Positions 16,492-24,792 of a stretch of 39,354 nucleotides of DNA are shown here, piece by piece. How positions within the stretch are numbered: position 1 is the stretch's first letter; the number at the start of each line of letters is the position of its first letter. Position numbers and translations under genes: made by a program. Origin of the DNA: an uncultured Dehalococcoidales bacterium (GTDB taxonomy: Bacteria > Chloroflexota > Dehalococcoidia > Dehalococcoidales > CAYFFA01); NCBI GenBank assembly GCA_964342375.1, contig CAYFFA010000002.1, forward strand, positions 1-39,354, in the 5' to 3' direction. The notes under the pieces are model-generated. The model ran no database searches, was not told where the DNA came from, and worked only from the letters and a program-made list of their open reading frames with translations.

Positions 16492-17511
16492 TCAGGCGGC
16501 AAGAGGACAGCATGGGTCTGCCTCTAATGGGTCTCCGGAAAGCTTGGTGGTTCGGGCCAGGCATCCGCAACAAAATTCAAACTGCGCACATTCGCCACAG
16601 GCACCTTTACGTGCACTCTGGTCAGCCCACCCGGTGAGCAATTTGCTTTGCTTCATCCTCTGCCATATATCCCTCAGGGGTTCCTTGGCGGCGTTACCGA
16701 AGGTGAGTTCCTCTGGGGAAAACATGCAAGGGCGGACGCTGCCGGTGGTCTGAATATAAAGTGAATAGGCAGCGGCGCATCCTTTCACCTCGGGTATGGT
16801 AACCCCGCTATCAGTCTTGCTGAGGCCGAAATCATGCCTGGCAGCGAGGTTCCACAGGAAAGGCTCATCATAGAAAATATCCAGGCTGCTCCCGTAGCCG
16901 TATATCTCCTTTATCACCGCCTCCTGTTCCTCTGGAGTGAGGGCATATTGCTGATAATATCCGTTGGAAAGCTCATTCATACCAAAGGGTTTCAGCGGGA
17001 GAAAGATAATCTCTTTCCCGCCAAGGCTTTCAGTTAATTCAATAAGCTCTCTGACCTGTCCCATGTTGAGTTTAGAGAGAACTGTGGTTACTCCGTGGAA
17101 AATTCCCAGAGCGGCACATTGCGTCGCCCACTCCCTGGCGACGTCAAATTTGGCGCCTACCTTAGTAGATTCGTAGGTGGCGGCGTCAGCGCCATCTATG
17201 CTGAAGAGGACCTTGGGGGAGAATGATACCAGTTCTTGCAGCCTGTCCTGGCTGAAGGCATTGCCGTTGGTGATGACAAACACGTCAATCCCCTCTCGCC
17301 TGAACATTCCGCCAATCTGGGATAGGTCATGACGGAGCAGGGGTTCGCCCCCCTCAAGTATCACCCACCGTGGTGACAGCCCAATAATATCCCTGGCTAC
17401 CTTAGCCGCGTCATCATGGGTTAGCTCGCCCTCCTCCATTCCGACACAGTGCCGGCAACTCAGATTGCACGCGTTGGTAATCGCCCAGTCCACATATATC
17501 GGGGCAATCAT
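16492..17511 (-). CDS. Radical SAM enzyme with a C-terminal SPASM domain
   Basis: It has CNLSCRHC (Cx3Cx2C at C15/C19/C22). Its SPASM-type pattern is C-x11-G-x4-C (CAAAYSLYIQTTGSVRPC), then CGECAQFEFCCGC and DPCCP. Its ATG overlaps the stop of the upstream gene (ATGA). Confidence 0.85.
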   Translation of the reverse strand: MIAPIYVDWAITNACNLSCRHCVGMEEGELTHDDAAKVARDIIGLSPRWVILEGGEPLLRHDLSQIGGMFRREGIDVFVITNGNAFSQDRLQELVSFSPKVLFSIDGADAATYESTKVGAKFDVAREWATQCAALGIFHGVTTVLSKLNMGQVRELIELTESLGGKEIIFLPLKPFGMNELSNGYYQQYALTPEEQEAVIKEIYGYGSSLDIFYDEPFLWNLAARHDFGLSKTDSGVTIPEVKGCAAAYSLYIQTTGSVRPCMFSPEELTFGNAAKEPLRDIWQRMKQSKLLTGWADQSARKGACGECAQFEFCCGCLARTTKLSGDPLEADPCCPLAA

Positions 17512-18551
17512 ATTCTATCCCTCCAATAAACATAATCAAGAACTGACCCTTCTGCCTTATCTATCATCATATGCTTTACCAGCGGCTCATAACATCCCCC
17601 GCATAACCCGTTTCCCACCATGGCATAGCCCTGAGCAGCTGCCTTGCTCCGATTTGATATTACAGGCAATGGGCTTACGGCATATCCCAGTTCTTCCAGA
17701 CGAACTCTTATCGGGTTGTATATGTTTTCATACTTGGTCAACCGTCCGGAGAGGTAAACTTCGCTGCTCCCGGATAACGCCCTCTGGCTGCATGCGGCAA
17801 ACAGGACGCCTTCGGTGAAGGCATTGAATGCTTCGGGATGCGATTCTCCGGTAAATTTTTCTATATCGAGGCTCTCCAGTCCAGCAAGGTAGCCGGCGCC
17901 GCCTTCAAAGAGTAAGCTCTTCTCAAAACCTCTGAGAAGGTAAGCAAGCTCGCTGTCCATGGCTCCTGCATTCATAAACCCCGGGCCGGGAAATAGAGTG
18001 CCGCCGATGCCGTTTATTATCCTGCCCTTCTCTAGGGTGACTACACAATTATACCCTCCCCCGAGCTCAATGACGATGTGATTAACATCGTCGTAGGCGA
18101 TCCCTTCCTGCCGTGCCGCCATTTCTACGGATAAGGCTCCTATGCACATCTTGTCTGCCGTGCCCATATCTATCTTATTTAATTTTCGCCAGGGGGGAAC
18201 GGTGGGCAGTTGAATCACCCCCGGAAGGAAAAAAATATCTAGGCCGGACCCTCCGACTATGGCAAAGAATTTCTTCATTCCCTCAAGAACTGGTATCCTC
18301 TCTCCCTCCCGGACCAGCGTTAGTTCGAATATCTCCCTTTCACCGATTTCGCTTAATCTGCGGTTAGGAAGTCCATAACCAGAGGGAGCTATTATGGCAT
18401 CAGGCTTCAAGCTAATGCACCTTTTCGCCATGTCTTCCGGCCTCTCGGCTACCACGCTTGATGGTATGCTTTCTTCGAACTTGACCTCCCTGTCCTCAAG
18501 AAGGCACAGGTCAAAAGATACCGTCCCCGGGTCAATGCCCAAAATTCTCAC
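17508..18551 (-). CDS. DUF1464-like ASKHA-fold (actin/sugar-kinase-like) protein of unknown function
   Basis: The 347-aa protein has N-terminal MRILGIDPGT (a phosphate-1-like motif) and internal IELGGGYN. It resembles the family annotated as 'predicted butyrate kinase, DUF1464' as I recall it. Confidence 0.65.
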   Translation of the reverse strand: MRILGIDPGTVSFDLCLLEDREVKFEESIPSSVVAERPEDMAKRCISLKPDAIIAPSGYGLPNRRLSEIGEREIFELTLVREGERIPVLEGMKKFFAIVGGSGLDIFFLPGVIQLPTVPPWRKLNKIDMGTADKMCIGALSVEMAARQEGIAYDDVNHIVIELGGGYNCVVTLEKGRIINGIGGTLFPGPGFMNAGAMDSELAYLLRGFEKSLLFEGGAGYLAGLESLDIEKFTGESHPEAFNAFTEGVLFAACSQRALSGSSEVYLSGRLTKYENIYNPIRVRLEELGYAVSPLPVISNRSKAAAQGYAMVGNGLCGGCYEPLVKHMMIDKAEGSVLDYVYWRDRI

Positions 18552-18569
18552 TTTATTAATTTTCTCCTT

Positions 18570-19139
18570 TCAATGCGACGAAATAATTTTGCTCAGGTTT
18601 TTTTCTATATCTTCTTTGCTTGAAAAAGCCCCGAATTTTATGCCTTGAATTACGCCGTCTTTGTCAATGAGGAAGGTGGTGGGGAGAGCGCGGATATTAT
18701 ACTTTAGGGCTACATCCTGTTTGGTGTCAAGTAATACTGGGAAGGAAAGCATATTGCTGTCCAAAAATTCCTTTACGGTGGAGAGGCTTTCACCTATGTC
18801 AACAGCCAGTATCGTCAGTCCCTTGTCTGACCATTCCCCGCCATCGAATATCTCCTGTATAAAGGGCATTTCAGACCGGCAGGGGCCGCACCAAGTTGCC
18901 CAGAAGTTGACTAGTACCGGCTCACCCCGAAAATCGCTGAGGGAAACGGTCTGTCCATCAAGACCTTGAAGCTGAAAGTCAGGTGCCAGGTTACCTACTT
19001 GCGTGCCTTCAGGTAGTTGAATTATAGGACTTGGAGTCGGCCGGGATGGAGGGCTTATGTAACAGCCAGTCGCCACCAACCCCGAAGCCAGTATTGGAGC
19101 TAGCATTATCACCAGTATTGCCTTTAGTACTCTGTTCAT
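18570..19139 (-). CDS. TlpA/ResA-like extracytoplasmic thiol:disulfide oxidoreductase (thioredoxin fold)
   Basis: It has an N-terminal hydrophobic anchor/signal (ILVIMLAPILASGLVATGC) and the WATWCGPC CxxC active site. Confidence 0.85.
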   Translation of the reverse strand: MNRVLKAILVIMLAPILASGLVATGCYISPPSRPTPSPIIQLPEGTQVGNLAPDFQLQGLDGQTVSLSDFRGEPVLVNFWATWCGPCRSEMPFIQEIFDGGEWSDKGLTILAVDIGESLSTVKEFLDSNMLSFPVLLDTKQDVALKYNIRALPTTFLIDKDGVIQGIKFGAFSSKEDIEKNLSKIISSH

Positions 19140-19163
19140 AGTTTCCTCCTATGATTTAGAATT

Positions 19164-19862
19164 TTACGCAGTAAGCGAGGCTATCCGGGCCAGGTTGTTG
19201 GTCAGGATGAGTATACCCACAGCTATGAGCAATAAGCCTCCGATAATTTGCAATAGGACGGAATGGCGATGGATACGCCTCAATAATGGGGTCATGGAAT
19301 CAAAAGCTACCGCTATAATCAGGAAAGGAAGCCCCAATCCCAGAGAATAGATGCCTAGCAGGTAAGCCCCCTTCCATGCTGTTGCTGAGTTCAGGGCAAG
19401 AGTCAGGATGCCCCCCAGTATAGGGCCAACACAGGCTGTCCAGGCCGGGGCAAAGACAGCTCCAATGATAAATGAGCGCGAATAACCAACAGTAGTGCCC
19501 AGAGATGGGGTCAGGCGTTTCCCATAATTCAGGCGCGGGATTTTCAGGGCAGCCAGCATGAACAGACCAAAGGCTATCAGCAGGCTGCCGGATATTTTAT
19601 TTATTAGTGCTTGACTGGGGTCGATGGCAAATCCTGTCAGTCCGGCAATCGCCCCCATGGTGGTGAAGATGAGAGAAAAGCCAATTACAAAACTGAGGGC
19701 ATGAAGAAATATGGGGATACGGTTTCTCTTAGCCGCGGGCTCAAATATCTCGGGCCCGTACAAACTGGCAAGGTATACCGGCGCTAATGGCAGCACGCAC
19801 GGTGACACGAAGGACAATAGCCCAGCGCTGAAGGCAAATATAAGCGATATATTTTCTGTCAT
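19164..19862 (-). CDS. ccdA: CcdA/DsbD-family transmembrane thiol:disulfide electron transporter
   Basis: The 232-aa polytopic protein has SPCVLPL in the first TM and a second conserved Cys region (AWTACVGPILG). Confidence 0.85.
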   Translation of the reverse strand: MTENISLIFAFSAGLLSFVSPCVLPLAPVYLASLYGPEIFEPAAKRNRIPIFLHALSFVIGFSLIFTTMGAIAGLTGFAIDPSQALINKISGSLLIAFGLFMLAALKIPRLNYGKRLTPSLGTTVGYSRSFIIGAVFAPAWTACVGPILGGILTLALNSATAWKGAYLLGIYSLGLGLPFLIIAVAFDSMTPLLRRIHRHSVLLQIIGGLLLIAVGILILTNNLARIASLTA

Positions 19863-20064
19863 CTGTCTCTATAGTTAATGCTATCCGACCTGACCTGAAA
19901 TATCAAATTCGCAAGCAATCGCCTATACTCTGCATGCGGCCAGCCAATGCCAGCATGTTAGAAGGACTTAAAATAGTCTATAATGATATTAAAGCCACCC
20001 TGTCCTCGGTGGAGGTCGGGTCAGCTACTCGTTGAGAGTAAGATTAAACATAAGGGGGAAAGCC

Positions 20065-21202
20065 ATGAAGCCGCTGAGCTATACCCAGATTTCTCTGTAC
20101 CAGTCCTGCCCCCTGTGTTATAAACTTCAATACATTGATCGCTTGAAGCCAAAGGATAAGTGGTATTTTAGCTTTGGAAAGACAATGCATACCTGCGCCG
20201 AGCATTTTTTCAGGGTCATGGTGCCGTCACCACCGTCACTGGACGAGTTGCTAGAGTTCTATGAGGCGCACTGGCTCTCCGAAGGGTATGCTTCAGCCGA
20301 TGAGGAAGCCAGTTATAGGGCTTACGGGAGGCAGATATTGTCTGAATTCTGGAAGATTCACAGTGCCGATTTCATAATGCCGATGGCTGTTGAGAAGATG
20401 TTCTATATTGACGTTGAAGGAGTGAAGCTGAGGGGTTTCATTGACAGGGTGGATAAACTGGATGGCGGCGGACTTTCCATAACCGATTATAAGACGGATA
20501 AAGAGTTATTTGACAGGGGTGCCCTGGAGACCAATCTCCAATTGACCCTGTACCAGTTAGCGGCTGAGCAGATATGGAACCCTTCCCGTGGAGAGGCTTA
20601 CGTTGTATCATCTCAGGTCAAATACCCCGTGTAGCTGCGGGCCGAGGGATGAGACGCGACTTGTAGAAGCCAGTCACCTGGTATCGGAGGTGGCTAAAAA
20701 TATTGCGGAGAAGAGATTCCCGGCTGTTGAGAACCAGTATTGCCCTTGTGATTTCCCTGAACATTGCCCGTACTACCGGCATCAGGTTGTGCCGGAGCTA
20801 AAAGAAACTGACGTTTTGCGGGGAGTAAAGGTAGGTGAGGCTGCTGAGCGGTATGCATCATTGCAGAGTCAGATAAAAGAGATGGAGTCACAGCTTGAAG
20901 AGGTAAAGCAGATTATCATCGATTTCTGCCAGGCTGAAGGGCTGAGCCGGGTTTACGGGATAGAAAACGCTATTACGTATAAGATGGTGGAGAGGCTGGG
21001 CTTCGGCGAGGATGGGGTCAGAGCGTTGCTTGAACCCGATGGACTGTGGCAACGGGTGCTCAGTCTTGACCAGGCTAGGATTAAGCAACTTGTCGATGAT
21101 GAAGAAGTAGCCGGAGATATCAGACATAAGCTGGAAGCGTTGAGGCAGGTCGTTTCCTCTTATCCGCAGCTTCGGGTCAAAAGGCTCGCTGAGGAAGAGT
21201 AA
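20065..21202 (+). pseudogene. PD-(D/E)XK (RecB/Cas4-like) nuclease family gene split by a +1 frameshift at the C-run 20580-20582
   Basis: ORF 20032-20634 contains IDRVD...ITDYKT (D...DxK) and an N-terminal SCPLCY. ORF 20588-21202 continues with VERLTLYHLRSNTP...CPCDFPEHCPYY. Removing one C from AACCCTT restores ...QIWNLPVERLTLY.... The likely start is ATG 20065, after AAGGGGGA. Confidence 0.75.
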
Positions 21203-21261
21203 GCGAGGGCAAGGGAATCAGCTTGCTTTTTTGTTCAAATTGTTATATCCTGTGTAAAACT

Positions 21262-21392
21262 GAATAGGTGGCTCGGAGATGCCTGAAGCGGTTCAGGCAT
21301 AATCGGAAAGCAAGTCGGTGAAAGTCCGACGCAGTCCCGCCTACTGTGACTGGTAATCGTGCCAGAAGCCAGAACGCCGAACCTCCAAGTGC
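21262..21392 (+). promoter_or_regulatory. Cobalamin (B12) riboswitch aptamer
   Basis: AAUCGGAAAGCAAGUCGGUGAAAGUCCGACGCAGUCCCGCCUACUGUGAC matches the conserved core (GGGAA..GGUGAAA.UCC..GC.G.CCCGC.ACUGU). A B12-box-like GAAGCCAGAACGCC follows. There is a perfect 9-bp hairpin AUGCCUGAA-GCGG-UUCAGGCAU. Candidate P1 is GGCUCGG (21270-76) with CCGAACC (21377-83). The element is upstream of cbiB. Confidence 0.85.
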
Positions 21393-21445
21393 CCTAAAAC
21401 CTCCGCGGAGAAAGGGGGTGGGATAATAAGCAGAGTGTGCTGAAT

Positions 21446-21486
21446 AATCCCCCTCGCTGTATCAAGTAGAGGGGGATTTTATTTTG
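21446..21486 (+). terminator. Intrinsic terminator forming the riboswitch expression platform
   Basis: AAUCCCCCUC (21446-55) pairs perfectly with GAGGGGGAUU (21469-78), followed by UUAUUUU. The upstream AAAGGGGGUGGG (about 21411-22) could compete for the C-run as an antiterminator. Confidence 0.8.
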
Positions 21487-21610
21487 TGCGAATTGTATTA
21501 ACTGGAGGACGCCTTGTGATATCGATGCGATTGGGCATTGGAATTAGTATCATGAGCCAGTTGGTCAGCGTTGAATAGAAGGTTCTAACGGAGGATAAGT
21601 CATTGACATT

Positions 21611-22534
21611 TTGCCGATACTGTCCGTAGCTTTAGCTATTGACCTGGTTTTGGGTGAGCCGCCTCGCGCTATTCATCCCGTGGTATGGATAGGGAAGGTC
21701 GTTTCATTCTTGGAAAAGAAGGGTACTGGCCAAAAGAAATCGGTTCAGTTTGTCTACGGGTGCGGAATAACCCTGCTGACTATCGGGCTGTTTGCGGCTC
21801 CTGCCTATTTTATGCTCGTTTATTTGAAGGGCTTTAGTTTTGTGGCGTATGTGGTTGTGGGATCTATACTCCTCAAATATACCTTTTCCCTTAGGGAACT
21901 ACGCCGGGTAGCCCTCCGAGTCAAGGGGCTTCTGCTGAAGGATAAACTGGATAAAGCCCGCTTTGAACTGCGCTCGTTAGTTGGACGGGACGCTCGGGAT
22001 TTGACAAAGCCGTTGCTCGTATCAGCCGCCGTGGAGTCGGTAGCCGAGAATGCTTCTGACAGCTTCGTTGCTCCGCTGTTTTACTTTTTACTCTTTGGTA
22101 TCCCGGGGGCTATTGCCTATCGGGTGGTCAATACTCTGGATGCTATGGTAGGCTATCACGGCGAATACGAATATTTGGGAAAGTTTGCCAGCAAATTGGA
22201 CGATGTGCTCAATTTCCTGCCGGCAAGATTGACGGCGCTGCTCTTGGCTTCGGTTGCCTTTCTGTCCGAACGGCGTGCCTCCGCCTCGTGGCGGGTTGCG
22301 CTCAGCGACCATTCCGGGACCGAGAGCCCCAACGCCGGCTGGCCTATGGCAGCTGCTGCCGGTGCGCTCGGTGTGCAGCTGGAAAAGGTGGGACACTATA
22401 AGCTGGGAAAAGCGACTGTCCCTCTGGTGCCGGAGACCATTGATGCTGCCTTAAAGCTGGTGCTAATGGCAATGGTGTTGTGGGTGGTGATATGTTTAGC
22501 AGTAGGAGTTATTCATTTTGTCATTACGACCTAA
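21611..22534 (+). CDS. cbiB: Adenosylcobinamide-phosphate synthase
   Basis: The 307-aa membrane protein has DLVLGEPP..IHPVVWIGK and ESPNAGWPMAA motifs. The start is TTG. GGAGGA at 21590-95 is better spaced for an in-frame ATT at 21602, so the exact start is uncertain. Confidence 0.85.
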   Translation: MPILSVALAIDLVLGEPPRAIHPVVWIGKVVSFLEKKGTGQKKSVQFVYGCGITLLTIGLFAAPAYFMLVYLKGFSFVAYVVVGSILLKYTFSLRELRRVALRVKGLLLKDKLDKARFELRSLVGRDARDLTKPLLVSAAVESVAENASDSFVAPLFYFLLFGIPGAIAYRVVNTLDAMVGYHGEYEYLGKFASKLDDVLNFLPARLTALLLASVAFLSERRASASWRVALSDHSGTESPNAGWPMAAAAGALGVQLEKVGHYKLGKATVPLVPETIDAALKLVLMAMVLWVVICLAVGVIHFVITT

Positions 22535-23615
22535 ACCGGAGATAGAAAATCTGGAAATCTGTCCTCACGGCGGGCCGGATTGGGCCGAGCTAAAGGCTAT
22601 GGGGCTTGCTCTTGAGGAGGTGCTCGACTTCAGCGTAAGCTCTAACCCTTTCGCGCCGCCGCCCGGGGTGGAGAAGAGCCTTAGCGGCGCAGCCATCAAT
22701 CGCTATCCTGATTCTGAGACAACCGAACTCAGGCAGGGTCTCTCGGAAAAGCTGGGGATGACCCCGGATAATATTCTGGCGGGAAACGGCTCAATGGAGC
22801 TTATCCGTCTCATCGCTCTGGCTTACTTCGGGAAGGGAGACAATATATTAATTCTTGAGCCAACCTTTGGCGAATATGAGGTTGCCTGCCGGATTGTCGG
22901 GGCGGAGGTTGTCAAGCAATGGAGGAGGGCAGAGAAGGGTTTTGCGCTGAGTATAGAAGAGATGATTGGCCTTATTCGACAACACCGGCCTAGAGGGGTT
23001 TTTCTCTGCAATCCCAATAACCCCACCGGCGATTACCTCTCTCGGCAGGAGGTTGAGACGATTTCGGATAGCTGTGAAGATAGTCTGCTTATACTGGATG
23101 AGGCTTTCAGTGCATTCGCTGACGAAAGCTGGTCGTCTATCGATTTGGTTCACCGGGGCGATGTGGTTCTTGTGCGTTCTATGACCAAAGACTACGGTTT
23201 GGCTGGTCTGCGCCTTGGTTATGCCATTGCCCGTCAGGAGATTATTGATAGTCTGCGTCGGGTTCGCCCGCCGTGGAATGTTAACGTGATGGCTCAGAGA
23301 GCGGGAATCGCCGCCCTGGAGGATGCAGGCTATCTTGAGTGGTGTAAGCAGAAGCTCGGAGAAGCAAAGCAATTCCTGATAGGTGAGCTTCACCGGATTG
23401 GCTACGCCGTGATTCGTTCAAGGGCTAATTTTTTCTTGGTAAGAGTGGGCGATGCCAGGGCATTCCGGGCCGCTTTGCTCAAGCACGGTATACTGGTACG
23501 TGATTGCAGTTCCTTCGGTCTGCCTGAGTATATCCGCGTCACCACTCGCACCGTGTCTGAGTGCCATAAACTCATCGCCACCATAGAGACGTTAAAGCGT
23601 GAGGGAGCGTTATAA
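22518..23615 (+). CDS. cobD: L-threonine-O-3-phosphate decarboxylase (class I/II aminotransferase fold, CobD/HisC-like)
   Basis: It has YPD...L, NGS.E.I, CNPNNPTG and SMTKDYGLAGLRLGY (PLP-Lys) motifs. Its TTG start overlaps the end of cbiB. The call over HisC is made from its position between cbiB and cobT. Confidence 0.7.
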   Translation: MSLRPKPEIENLEICPHGGPDWAELKAMGLALEEVLDFSVSSNPFAPPPGVEKSLSGAAINRYPDSETTELRQGLSEKLGMTPDNILAGNGSMELIRLIALAYFGKGDNILILEPTFGEYEVACRIVGAEVVKQWRRAEKGFALSIEEMIGLIRQHRPRGVFLCNPNNPTGDYLSRQEVETISDSCEDSLLILDEAFSAFADESWSSIDLVHRGDVVLVRSMTKDYGLAGLRLGYAIARQEIIDSLRRVRPPWNVNVMAQRAGIAALEDAGYLEWCKQKLGEAKQFLIGELHRIGYAVIRSRANFFLVRVGDARAFRAALLKHGILVRDCSSFGLPEYIRVTTRTVSECHKLIATIETLKREGAL

Positions 23616-23701
23616 GATTTTGGATGGACAATACAGCGCTTGACGTTTGCTCTCCCGCACGGCTAAAGTAGCTTTTAAGTAGGCATAAAGGAGGCGGAAA
23701 A

Positions 23702-24688
23702 ATGAAAGAAGACTCGCTTACCATATCCCAGATATATGCAAAGGGCAAAGAGAACTTGGAAAAAATGGGGGTCGAGAGGTGGTTTCCTCCGGACAGCGAT
23801 ATCGCCGCTTCTGCTCGGTTGAATCGGAAATATCTGGACTCCATGTTTTTTGAGACCAGATTTTTTGACCCTGTTGACGTGGACACAAGCCTTGCCATTT
23901 TTGGCGCGAAGCTAAGAACGCCGGTCTTTTGCGCGGCTATCTCAAGGCTTGCGCACATGTCAGACGCTGACATGGTTGATATTGCCCGGGGTTTGAATAA
24001 TGCCGGGTCTTTACTGATGCTCGGCATTGGTGGTTCGCAGGCATTACAGGGTGCTATCGACACCGGAGTGCCTGTGGTCAAGATGGTGAAGCCGTATCGG
24101 GAGACTGAGCTAATCTATGAGAAAGTGCGTGAAGCCGGGGAACGGGGCTGTGTGGCGGTTGGCATGGATATTGACCACTTTTATGGAACGCTAAGGGAAG
24201 ACAGGCCTGCGCTGACGGAGCTATTTGGCCCGCAGCGCACGGATGAGTTGAAAGAGGTGTTCTCCCAGACCAGGCTGCCGGTTATCATAAAGGGCGTGCT
24301 CAGTGTCAGTGATGCCGAGAAGGCGGCACAGTTAGGCGTTTCTGCCATAGTAGTCAGTAATCACGGCAGGGGCTCGGTTGATTTTTCAGTTCCTTCCATG
24401 ATAGCGCTTCCTAGAATTGTTGACAGGGTTGGTGACAAAGTGACCGTGCTCGTCGATACCGGTTTCAAGACCGGCAATGATGTTCTCAAGCCGCTGGCCT
24501 TCGGCGCCAGGGCAGTGGGGTTCGCCAGCTCTATAGTGCTTGCCCTAGCAGCAGACGGTGCGAATGGGGTTGAGCTCCTTGTCAATCAGATAACGGCGGA
24601 ACTGAAACGTACTATGGCAGTTACCGGTTGTCCTAATCTGTCTGCCGTTAACCGGTCAATCATTGTCCAGGTATCCGGCATAGGGTAA
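23702..24688 (+). CDS. FMN-dependent alpha-hydroxy-acid dehydrogenase/oxidase family (TIM barrel) protein, divergent
   Basis: The 328-aa protein has VIIKGV (the Lys), IVVSNHGRG (the His), and DTGFKTGNDVLKPLAFGA, typical of the glycolate/lactate oxidase family. AAGGAGG lies upstream of the ATG. An 86-nt gap separates it from cobD. Confidence 0.7.
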   Translation: MKEDSLTISQIYAKGKENLEKMGVERWFPPDSDIAASARLNRKYLDSMFFETRFFDPVDVDTSLAIFGAKLRTPVFCAAISRLAHMSDADMVDIARGLNNAGSLLMLGIGGSQALQGAIDTGVPVVKMVKPYRETELIYEKVREAGERGCVAVGMDIDHFYGTLREDRPALTELFGPQRTDELKEVFSQTRLPVIIKGVLSVSDAEKAAQLGVSAIVVSNHGRGSVDFSVPSMIALPRIVDRVGDKVTVLVDTGFKTGNDVLKPLAFGARAVGFASSIVLALAADGANGVELLVNQITAELKRTMAVTGCPNLSAVNRSIIVQVSGIG

Positions 24689-24792
24689 ATAATTATAAGT
24701 CAGTTATCACTTTACGAAATTTAATTGGAGGTGTTGTGGAGAACCTTAAGCGTATAATCAAAATGATAAAGCCTCTGGATTAAGAAGGCAAG

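Noticed and set aside
21209-21232. GCAAG-8 nt-CTTGC + TTTTTT after the PD-(D/E)XK gene, as an intrinsic terminator
   Set aside because: It has only a 5-bp stem with an 8-nt loop, which is too weak to call as a feature, although the T-run is suggestive.
21516-21578. 20-codon uORF (GTG, preceded by GGAGGA) between the riboswitch terminator and cbiB, as a leader peptide
   Set aside because: It is too short and featureless to support without conservation data. It could arise by chance in a 125-nt spacer.
22848-24081. 181-aa and 169-aa - strand ORFs (22848-23393 and 23572-24081)
   Set aside because: They are antisense to cobD and to the FMN-dependent dehydrogenase-family gene. They have no motifs or ribosome-binding sites.
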